NCBI GenBank assembly: GCA_002633005.1
Contig: NMRA01000271.1
Coordinates: 507,722 to 571,721, forward strand
Direction of reading: 5' to 3'
Source of the DNA: Phoronis australis
Lineage: Eukaryota; Animalia; Phoronida
DNA length: 64,000 bases
The notes under the pieces: model-generated
Database searches by the model: none
What the model was told of the DNA's origin: nothing
Seen by the model: the letters and a program-made list of their open reading frames with translations, nothing else
Position numbers and translations under genes: made by a program
Shown here: piece by piece, positions 26,101 to 38,100 of the stretch
How positions within the stretch are numbered: position 1 is the first letter of the stretch
How the letters are laid out: every line of letters begins with the position of its first letter

Positions 26101-29100
26101 ACTATCACAGACTAGATTACCAACTGGAAAAGGTGCTGTCTGCACTGTCCACACCTCCGTCAATGTTTTACGAAGACAGTTATATGCCCTCGACGTACAG
26201 AAGTCCTCGGCTAGATTTGGGAGATGGTACTTTATAAGCTAACTCACATCGCATAGTTGCTATCTCGTCATGTCCAAAACATGGTACTGTTCTACAAATG
26301 AGATCCTTCATCGGCGTCGTGTCTGTGGCTTCTTCAGAGCAGAACTGACAGGTTATTTGACTCCCATGTGAAATTGAGGCTCTCACCATTGCTGCCCATC
26401 TTGCTATCATACTAGCATACTTGCAGACAGCGAGCCTTATTTACAAGCTTTTGAGAGGCGAAATTTCAGAGCCGAGAATGCACCGACGCTTCTTGCCAAG
26501 TGTGCCCTTTTGTGAACACTCTGGAAGATTATGCGGTTCTCAGTGCGACTGCTGCCGAGGTCCTTCACGGAGAACACAAACTTCCCTTTACCACGAGGTC
26601 ATCTTGATTATCTATTCAGTCAGAGTCTCCCGAGTTACGGCAAGTACACTCTCATCTCACCACGGGGACGCGGCCCTCAAAAAAAGTAACCAATGCTCAA
26701 GATGTTAAACGCTATCTCAACGTCACCACTATCGCGTCAGATGGTTTGCTTGTGGTTGGGTACGACAAGCCTCTCGTAGCTCGTGAAGAAGGCACCATTG
26801 TTCCACGTCCCATTTCAGATGAGTTACTCACGGCATTTCACTTGCGGTTGGATCACTCCAGCTCCCATCAACTAAGACTCGTAACCCAATGATAGTTCTT
26901 TACCCTCGACCGTTGCACACGCATGTGCCATCAGTGTTGTACAATGCGCTTTTTCTCTAAAAGTATATCACTGTAAAGTACCTCTTACACTCCTGCCGCC
27001 GTTGGAAGGTCGTTTGCAGCTGATGTCAAGAATTTTCCAACGACAGCTCATTTTGGTGTTGCGAGAATGCGTCTGTTCTGACACAGTGGTTTGTATCATT
27101 ACTTCTGAACACCACGAGGACCTTCGAAATGGTCTTCTCCAAATGTGCCTCGAATTGCGCTCGTTAGATTGCCCTCACATAGTTATCCGTATAGATCCGA
27201 GCTCAGGTTTCCCATTCACTCGGAAAGGACAAACTCCTTGAACATCATCGCATTTCATTTGAGATCAAACGAGTTGCTGCGTGATCAGTACAGTGTATGA
27301 TACCGGCAATGTTAGTTCCTTATAGCTGGCCGTTGCGGTTGCTCGATTGAACAGCCATCTTCCGTCCACCGGTCCAAAGCTCCTTTTGCCATCCAGGCAG
27401 TAGAATGCGACTCGTCCATCGGCGACCTCGTGTACCTCTACTTCAACAGGGACAAGTCCAGAGCCAGTTGTTTCCGATGGCGTGTGGTTGGGTGTTCGGA
27501 AATTTTCTGTAGATCATTTACGTAATGCTTCTTACTGTGTCAAACGCAGCGAGTGTTGCCGTGTTCCGAATGTTACTGACATTCCAGGTGCATCATCTGT
27601 CACTGCCCATTGTGACCACGATGACGACGACGAGGTCCCACCATGTTCTGCTACTCCCGTATCCGCTTCATCGTTGCCTTTGTCCTGTGGTCCAGCTCCA
27701 CGGTACAACGACGGTTTACTACATTCCTGAGGCCCACTCGTCGCCCCACAGGTGCCACCCGCCATCGTCCCTTCTCTGATGCATCCCCCCAGAATGGTTC
27801 TTCAGCGTCGCCTGCTGCTGAAACCCTCATCCTCCTGATCATCCAGAGGCCCAGAGGAGATCGCGACGACAGCGCCACAAACCTCACGGGAAAACAGCAG
27901 ATTAGATTTATGACTGATTTTATTTTTACTGTGTTCACTTCCTTCGACGCCATAGTGACTGGGGCTCTTATCAGCTCTGTGTTTACTGCTTTTGTTTTCA
28001 ACTTTACCTGTTCTTAGTGTAAGATTAGCTCATTTTTCCGACAGAAGAGAAAATCACGCCATTGTATTGTTAGTGTTATTCGTAAGACCGGGTTTGTTCG
28101 TCGCCGCGTAGGCGTAATCTGTGTGCTGCGTCGCGCGCTTCAAAGAGACCTGCTAAGACAACATGATTACGGGGTGAGAGTTCCTCTCTTATTCTTTCCG
28201 TTAAAGTACTTTTAGGTTAGAGGTAAGTGGTAAAGATCTCAAACTGTATTCCAGTCTTTAGTGCATTGCCAAAGATACAGGTAAATCCATTTTCCGTGCT
28301 TTGTGAAAAGTGTGACCGAGGCCCATGCAGTCACGTTTTCCTTTTGTCTCCGGCGGGGACTTACAACTACTAGCCCATAGAAGTTAACTGTTCAAAAGTT
28401 TCGCATTTCTCGTTTTAGTCATTCATTTTGACGTTAAGTCCTGGTGTGGAAACTGTCATGTTGTGGAAGATTATAGTCATTTACAGTAGACAATCATCAC
28501 ATAGTTTACATTTTGGGTTCAAATTGAATTGTTAACAGAGACAGTTTCAAGTGTTCGGGGTTTCTGGCATCAGGTCAAGAGTTTACGGTGTTTATTTGGG
28601 TCAACTGTTTGCTACATTGGTCTGGTACAGGATGACATAATTTCGCTATGGCTGGGCACTTTCTTTTAATGGTCAAAAGTTTTCATGTAGTCAAATAAGT
28701 TTGATTACGTCTCGAATCAATTTCATATCTTCATGTGTGACACTTTCATGTTGTTGCGTGTCATACCAAGTAATAGTCAATGAAAATCGAAACCTGTCAG
28801 AAAGACCTTACTGTACTCGAGCGGACAGGCATTCTTTGTTACGGGCAAAAAACCCGTATGTTGCAAGTTACTCAACCTGATGGAAGCAACGGCAAACCTG
28901 CCCTTAGTTCAGTAACACCGGGAATTCGCTGAAAAACAAGATTTGCAAGATTACGTGAGACGTTGCTGTGTATTTTAGATGAGAACACGTGTTTTTGGAT
29001 AGATTTTGTGATGTCCTAGCATCACTGAACTCTAACCTGTTGAAAATCATATGAAACATCTACAGTTCCGACAGAATGGCGAAATGCAAACGTAGCACCC

Positions 29101-32100
29101 ATCTTAAAAAGATGATAAAACTTTGGCTTCAAACTACCGCCCAATATCACTCAGCTGCATATGTTCCAACTTATGGAGCACATAGTTGTCAGTAACATTA
29201 TGCCTCCTCTCGACACAAATAATATACTTTGCACCTGGCAGTATGGTTTTCGTAGCCATAGATCATGTGAAACACAACTTGTCACATTCGTAGATGACCT
29301 CCTCCAAACTATGGAGGCAGGCACTCAAACCGACGCTGTGGTGCTGGACTTCTCCAAAGCCTTTGATAAGGTATCCCATCCTAGACTCTTGGAGAAGATC
29401 AGATACTACGGTATAAGAGGTCTCACCCACAACTGGATACAATCATTTCTATCTCATAGAACACAGAGAATTGTTGTCGATGGTGAGTTCTGAAATTCCT
29501 CTCCAGACCAATCGGGGGTGCCCCAGGGCTCTGTCCTTGGCTCTGCACTCTTCATACTCTATAAAAAGACTTTCCTGCTACCATTCTCTCAAATGTTCAA
29601 CTCCTTGCTGATGATGCAGTTCTCTATAGACCCATTGCTTCCCCCACGATTTCCTGGAAATGAACTCTAATATCTCCAAATGCAATATTCTTCGTATCCA
29701 CAAAAAACGTTCACCCATAATATACAATTACAGTGTACACAACGCTTCACTCAAATGCATTAATGAAGCGGGGTCACTCATATAGACACAATCACCTCAA
29801 AGGCAAACAAAACTCTATTGAAAAAATAGAAAAAATACAGCGTAGAGTAGCCAGGTTCGTTTTAAATGACCACTCAAGGTACTCCTCCGTTTCATCCATG
29901 CTCACAACTCTCAAATGGCCCACCCTCCAGGAAAGCCGAGCTGAAAACAAACTGCCCCTTCTGTACAAGATCGTCCATAACCTGGTTGCTATTCCTCACT
30001 CATACCTTCCACTACAACATGTACATACCTCCAAATCACTTAACTCCCACTCTCACACCTTTGAAAGATCATACATCCGCACTGCATACTACGCAATCTC
30101 TTTCTTTCCATCTACCATTTTACTCTGGAATAGACTCCCACAATTCGTCATCTCGTCAGAAACAATAGAAATATTCACAGGTCACATCCTGAACATCAAT
30201 CTTATACAGTAATCAATAAAACCTGTTTTATCTTGGCACTAACCAGCACTTTGTTTTATCGTTATTTTCACAGTTATGTACACATCAGTTATATACTAAC
30301 ATGCGCCAACAAGTAAGGATCGAAATCACGATACTTTGTTGTATATGAGAAGAAGAAGAAGAAAAATAACATGGTAAAACAGGTCGTGGAGAACACTGTT
30401 ATATCAAAATGGCTCCCAAGCATATTCAGTGTTGTTTTTCTTTTCTCTTTTAGATGTACCGGTTACTACGAAAAACAACCCGAGAATGGGAAATGCCTTT
30501 TTTGTAAATAATTATTTAGAAATCTCGATTATTGGTTGAAAACTTCATCTTTATGTTTGTAAAAGAGGGAGCAAAGAATTTTATTGGTCGAAGATTGTTG
30601 AACTTTACAGCCTACGAACACTAAGCCTCCATGAACCCGCGCGAACATCATTTGAATATCTGCGTGCAATACAAGATCAGGTACTGGATACGTTGACAGA
30701 AGCTTGTGGTTAGACTCCATTTGCTGGAAGGCAACAAAGTGTGAGACCAGCGTTCGAAATACACTTTGGCCCGGGACCAGTAGATTAGCGGCTGGGCCAA
30801 TAAGCTTTTAGATATACAAATAGGCCCTATGTGAATGTGGTATCACGTTCAAGTAAGTGAGCCAGTGGGTTAGCACATTTGTTTACTGAAGGTCGAACAC
30901 TTTGTGAGACGTGTTCCGCAGAAGCTGCAGTATTCTTCTTGCCAATGCCACTGGGCTTTCTCTTTGTCACATTCTGTTTGCACTGCAATCGATTCCATGC
31001 TCTACTATGATGGGAACAGCACCAAGATAATTTGATTGAGGATTTTGTTCATTGCATCTTAACACGTGAAACGTACATTCATGAAAAACCTGTACGGGTG
31101 AATTTGAGGTATAGTAATAAATACACAATACGTGTATGTAATTCGTGATATTACCACCTTCCTTTTGTGTACGGTTAAGTAACTATGATAATGGCATTCA
31201 ACAAAAATGAAATTCGATAAGGAAAAAAATGGATGATAATAGCAAGCAGCTTTTAAAAGTATTGATAACAGCACAGCTTTTACGGGATATTTTTGTTTCC
31301 TAGCTCAAGCATGTATCACCGGGGCAGCTTCTCATGACTAACGTAAACCGGCTACAGCTGATTCCCTTACACCAGCTTGTACCCGTGTTAGTTTAAGTAT
31401 TAAGGCCATGAAGAACAAAATTGGAAGGTCGTGGTCAACAAAACTTGTTTCAGCGATGGTAAGAAAGAAATTGCACCCTAAAACGATATCAAGGCCTCAA
31501 TGTACATTTATTTGTACATGAAACGGGGGGATCCTAGGGGATTATAGGATCCTACTGAGTACATGAGATCGGGGAAAGTTGTAGGGTTCTACTGAGTACA
31601 TTAAACGGGGTAATAAATTTCAAGTTATACTGAGTACATGTGACGGGGGAAAGTTATAGCGTTCTACTGTGTACATGAAACGGGGGAAAGTCCTAGTACT
31701 CTTCGGTGTACATGAAACGGGTAAAGTTATAGCGTTCTACGGAGAACATGAAACGGGGGAAAGTTATAGGGTTCTGCTGTGTACATGAAACGGTGGAAAG
31801 TTACAATGTCCTACTGAAAACATGAAACGGGGGGAATTCGTAAAGTTCTAGTGCTCAGTACATGAAACGGGTGAAAGTTATAGAGTCCTACTGAGTACAG
31901 GAAACGAAGGAAAGTTATAGAGTCCTACTGACAACATGAAACGGGGGAAAGTTATGGACTACTGAGTACATTTTTTCAAATAATCACCCTAGGTGTATTT
32001 TTGTAAAATTTCCCTTTTATATAACGCATTCTGGGCTGCTGGGTTTTTACTGAAATGTTTAGTCTGTGGCATTATGTTCTTTTCTGTATTTTATTCCACC

Positions 32101-35100
32101 AATATTCTCTCTGTCAGTGTTACTAATTCTCCTCATAAGGTAACAATAACAGCAAGTATGTGGTTCAACCTCGATTGTCCTAAATCTGAATAACTGATTA
32201 CCTTCACTGCAGTGTTTAGACCCCAAGCCACCTTGCCATATGTGTGACGAATGCTATCCCCAAACAATGATAAACCTACCCTCTATGGTTGAAGTTAAAT
32301 AGTTCACCCTCCGTCTTACTCCATGACTCTGTTTTTAATTTCAACCACAAAGAAATTGCATGTCTCAGACGGTGAAACGAGTTCCGTCGAAACAGTACTA
32401 ATAATATTTTATTTGCTTCAAAGGGAATCCTTAGTTGTCTGCATCTCCTCGAGTGAAACGTATGCAACTAAATACACTGTGCACAAGTTTTAAATGTCTG
32501 CCCAAACTGCAAACACTGCTTACATTAGTTTTGCGGCGTTGATGTGTCATTTATGAACGTGTATTTCAGACCGCAGCAAGTGGTCCGCCTCCGACCCCGA
32601 GATCTTGGCTGACTCTATGTTCGCTGTTGCCAGTTTACTCAGCTTTGCTCGTCTCTCCTACATTCTTCCAGCATTTGAAAGACTTGGACCCCTGTTGGTA
32701 ATTTTAGGTACTTCCCATGGAATTGGCACTTAAAATTATGCATACTTCTAACACAAAGTACCACGTATTCCATGTTTGAAATAAACATTCTGCTGTCTGT
32801 GTTGTTTGTTATTCATCTTAAGTTCATGTGTTGGTAATTGATCTGTTGATAATTGTTTTCTGGCCACATGTATTGTGTAATGAATTTGACCACTTGCACT
32901 GTGCTTGGATAGAATGCACGACAGCTTTCAGTTTCCAGTGTAGCTGTTCTAACTTCCTCAGCGATCGTATGAGCACTCTATTTTCGACTGTGTTGATTAT
33001 TTTATAAACTATTTAGCTGTCATTATGAAGGTTTGCACGTCATGTGATGGGTGAGACTTGTATGGTTCATGTCACTGAATTTGTACCCCATTCGGACAAT
33101 GAGCAGTGCTCAGCCGTTGAAACGTGCTAGGATAAAAAGAAGCCACCCCTTCCAAACAAGTATCTATGATATAGCTGTCCAGTATCGTAATAATGATATC
33201 AATGTTTTCTTAATAACGACCGTTTTTGATGAGACATTTGACAAATCGAAGCTCCGCACGTCCACCATTTTGCGCAATAAATTGAAGAACGTTTTTGATA
33301 CTCGCTGCCTTCCAGCCAGTCTAAAACAACGCTGTTGTATTTCAGGTAAAGTCCTGCGCGACACGTTGCAGTTCTTAGCTCTCTTTGTGATCGCCTTCGA
33401 TGCATTCTTGGTCGGAATACACAATCTCTACAAGTTCTATCCCAATTCAACATTCTCTTCGTAAGTGTTCTCTTCTGTGTTGCCAGTCTTCTCTTTTTGC
33501 ATGCAGACTTTAAAATCAATGCAGACGTACTGATACCTATTTCAATCCCTGTTCTTTCTTTTCTCACGACATTCATTTCTCATTCTGGCGTAGAGATTTC
33601 ATGGTGAATTAATGCAAGAAGTGTTGATATCTTTCGGTGCACCACATGATAAAATTAGGATTTCAGCTGAGGATAAAATGGCCTGCATTTCAAATAAACT
33701 GTGGTTGTTTTACTCAATAGAACGATGCCTTATGAGACGGTTTATAAGACCTACAGTCTTTAGCCATCATTCCTTTAAGCAAGACTAAACAAAGTTTGTT
33801 CAAAACGTCAGGTGCACTGGTGCACTGAGTGACATCAAAACTTATTGTAGTTCCTATTGTTGTAAACTGAAAGTGTTTCTCACAGACACCTTTATTAGAA
33901 ACCACAGTTGTATCCAATTTCTCTATTTTGGCTAAAATTGATGATTGCCGTAGAATAATAAGTGGCATTATTTAACAGCACATTTTTGGATTTTGAGTTA
34001 CATGGGAGATTTTCTTTAACATGTCTTATGATCTTATGAGTAGCAGTGTAGAATACTTCCTAACTGGGACATTTTCCTTGTATATGAATATGTAAATCTT
34101 GAACTAGAGCGGAAGTTGAGATCGTAAACATGTATAAATCTGGTCCGCACGCTACCTGTTGACCACATCATGTGACCTAATGGACAACTCCCCCGATCAG
34201 GACTCGAACCCAGGACCTTCTGCTACCCGTGTGTAAGTAGTCTTCAGTGGATGGCACTGCGGTAGTTGCTGGATACGCCATCTTGTAATAAACGTGTCTA
34301 CTAACGTGGTAGTTAATATTTAGCTGATCAAGCGAATGTGCACTTATCTGCACAGCGTTATGCTAACATGTTTTCAGGAATGGCATTGCAGACAATTTGC
34401 AGCCGAAAATTTTGATGTAATGACATTTTACCTTGTTTACTCGTTCAATTGTTTTGACCTCATTACTAACGTTCCCAAGTATTGGCTGACGGACTTAGGA
34501 TACCTAACCCACTTGCATTTGACGGCAGTGTTCTAGAAAGATGGCATGTTTTTGATCATTAACGCCGCTAACAGTAGAAAAGATGTAAATACAAAAGCTT
34601 ACGTTTTGCTTAATTTAGATTGACCGGAGGCTATAGAATGCGAAAGATTATATTTCAGTATGATACTGATGAATCACGTGAAATTCCAGAAGTCCTCAAA
34701 GCTAAGCTGAGACAACTCTGGAATCCAATATTAGAACACTTCCATTTCAATAGCCACGCACAACAGCTGTTAGAGATATTTGAAAGTTTCCTGGCAGACC
34801 TGCGTAGCCATGCTGACAATTGCGAATTTGGCAACTTGAAAGATCTGAGAAAAGCAGTTATAAGGGTGGCTTATCATGAACAATAGATAGAAGTGCTCCG
34901 GGAACCCGACCTCACCCTCCAAGTGGCCATTAGGCCGTTGCTCTTCGATTTTGGGTATGGTGAAATATTTCAGCAAGTTCATGCCTGATAACCCCCCAGT
35001 CAACTAGGTGTCACTATGTAGACACTCTAGAAATCCAATCAGAATTTAAGATCATTCGGTAGCTTGATGTGGTCATCAGGTGGCGTACGGACCAGATTTA

Positions 35101-38100
35101 TGTAGTTACATGTACCAATTTCACAAGGCACGTAGTCGAGCATACAGTGGGTGCATCTCTAACATTTGAATCAACCTCTCCATGTTGCTCTATATTATCG
35201 CATAGCGAATATTTGTATGATTAGTTCATTTTTATGCGCCCATCTATTCAGGTGTGGCCACATTATGCCGGCATTCCCATATATCTATCGGATGTCTGCT
35301 GTTATGTCGCCAAAACCCTTTGATGGATATTTGTCAAATTCTGCAGACATATAGGTATTTCTATTTAAGTATCGGACGGCACAAGCAAATTTTTGGACGG
35401 ATTCAATTACCGCTGAGCACCTTAGGGGCAGTTTCGTTTTTTACTTTGAGATTTGCGTGAAATTCTGGCATACAGGTTTTCATTATAGAGATGACAAAAC
35501 CTAATTTTCAGACGAAACGAACTCTACGTTATATGAACCCTCTGGGGGCCATTTTTATTATTTTAATTTGTTATTTGGTATCCAGTCCTCTAATACGAGT
35601 CGTAATTAGATTCCCATGACAGTGTGTTCCTGTTGGGATGATCATGACTGACTTAGTCCATACTGATCCAACTACTGTGGTGCCCCCTAGTGGTTGGGGA
35701 GAATACACCGGACATTGATTTTGGAATGAGTATAACCACCATGGGGTCCCCTTGTGTCAATTCTTGTGTGAACCATTCTATGTCAAGCTGATGGATGGTC
35801 ACAAAATTTGTGAAGTAAATTTCAACCAAAGAAGCAACAGAACTTGCTTTGTTACAGATAGATTTGATTGATGCTATGCCCCCTAGTGGCATTATTTAAT
35901 ATTGCATTGTTCATAAACACGACCAGGAGCTTGCCATTTGCAGTGCAATCGTGGGTGTGTATCATTGCGTTGGCGATGTTCTTGTAGCTTTTTGTTGGGG
36001 TATGTTATTTTGATTCTCATATGTACAACCTTTTAAGTTGACAATCATCTTTTAAGATGATAAAAGGATATATCAAACCCTATTCTCCAAAATTGGCAAT
36101 TGTTACAATATTTCACGTGTCTCGCACAATACCCTATCTTCATTTTCGGGGAACTTCCAGTACGAAATATATACCTGTAGCAAAAAAATAGATTTAACAG
36201 AACCACCTTGGAACGGCACAACCGCTTGGATATTTGTTTACTACTTATCCAAGGTCAAAGGTTACAGGGCGGTAACTCAAATCGAATCTCCCACCAAGTA
36301 CAGAGCAGCTTTGTAAGTACTCTCCGTCCTTTCATTCACTGAGTCGCCATGATAGAGTCAACGACGGAGGTGTACTTACGGTGCCGGGGAAAACAATGTA
36401 GTTTTGATCCTAAGAGAGTTGTGCGTCTACATACGACCGTTGAGAGCGAATGCTACGAGTCGCCTCACGCCCGTGTAGTCATGAACACAGCAAGTTGTAA
36501 AATGATAGATCCTCACCCAAATTCCTTAATTCAATAAGTAAATTGACATTTCGCTTTTTCGATCTCATGCTAACGACTCGATTTCTGTTGTCATTTTCTT
36601 ACATGGTTTCATATTGATCCCGGCATGTGATGTGTACAGGCTAAATAACATTGCAATGTGACCTACTCTTAAAGTCCTTCTCTCACGCGTTGTTAACCCT
36701 TATTACATGGTTAGAAGATGTTATAAGGATCCAAGAAGTACCTACCCCATAACTAATACACGATCCGTACTCGAAAACAGTTTAAATGAACGCGCCACTC
36801 ACGATTCGCACCCGAAAAAACACCGCCATCGAACTTGCCGCGAACCCGGAAGTACAATTCATTCAGGAACCCAGGACGAGAAAACGCCGTCAGTGCGACT
36901 GGAGCAGTGCCTGTACTGTTACCAGCCAGCAAACGGGGATAAAAAAAAAATCGACAGCGCGCCTTAATTTTGATAAAATCAAACTACGGACAATTTTATG
37001 GAATTTGCTGAAGAAATGTGGCGAATAAATTTTGACAGAAATTATTTTGCTAGACTCGGGACCGCAGCCTATCGGACCCGGCGCGGATCGAGACCAGACA
37101 CTGGCGAACGGTAAATGCATGCGGTTGCAAGCTGTTTTGTCGAAGTAAAATGGTCAAATGATAAATGCTGCATATATTCAAAGGTAGTTTCAGACACTTG
37201 CATGAAATTACGGGGTGGTTAGTCCTGTGTCACACTGCTGGCCACAAACACAAAAAACACGAAAATTGAACAAAGTTTCTTTTTTGTAGCAACGTTTGTC
37301 AAAATGTATCAACGTTAAATCTTCACAAATTACAAAGTAGCCGATTGAACATGCCTTTCAGTTCAGCAAAAGTCGACATTGTAGGTGCCGCCAGAAATGA
37401 GACGAAGTCCAACGGGAATTGTGAGCACATTTATCACTTAATGAGTAACAACTGCGAGGGTGAAATTTGGTGAACACTGCTAAATCGTGCAGAATAGTAA
37501 GTAAAGATATGTCTAACTAAATTTCACCGTAATTTGTTGGCGAAAACAATTTACACAAAGTTTTAAACTCGTAACTCATCCCGCTGTCCTCCAATATGGC
37601 CGACGCGATCCAAACAAAGTGACCCAAATTTCGCCACAAAACTTGCAATAACTTTACAGTGCTTGCCCCGATTTTGATACTTTTCGATTTTTACTGAGTA
37701 GAATGTACTACCTTTCCGATGATAGCAAAGTACTATTTCAAAACGAGGAAAAAATGAAACCAAAAAAAATTGGTTCGACCCATATTGGTTCCTAGGTTCG
37801 ACCCGCCTACGTAAGGAACTAAACACCAATGCTATTTTAACATACTAAGTACGCGTAACAAAAAAATCAACGACCACTAACTACAAACTATAAATACACT
37901 ACATATGCAAACGAATCACGGTATATTACTAATAAAACAAAATAATGAAGACTTTTCGAGCAAGCCATAGCACATTCAGTTACAAGGAAAAAATGGCGGC
38001 GTTCAGGACAAGTTCCTGAACTGATGAGCCGGAAATGTGGGTACGGAAATAACCGATGACAACCGGTACTCATACGCTCAGAGAGAAGGGTCAAATACTG

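Noticed and set aside
24230-30365. Active or domesticated retroelement genes inside the intron
   Set aside because: Numerous stops and frameshifts in RT and integrase; these are relics only.
31515-31970. CRISPR-like array
   Set aside because: No unique spacers, units are contiguous and degenerate, context is a eukaryotic intron, and no cas genes are present.
34190-34230. tRNA gene (B-box GGTTCGAGTCC on the minus strand)
   Set aside because: Only a T-arm-like piece; no A box or cloverleaf. At most a SINE remnant.
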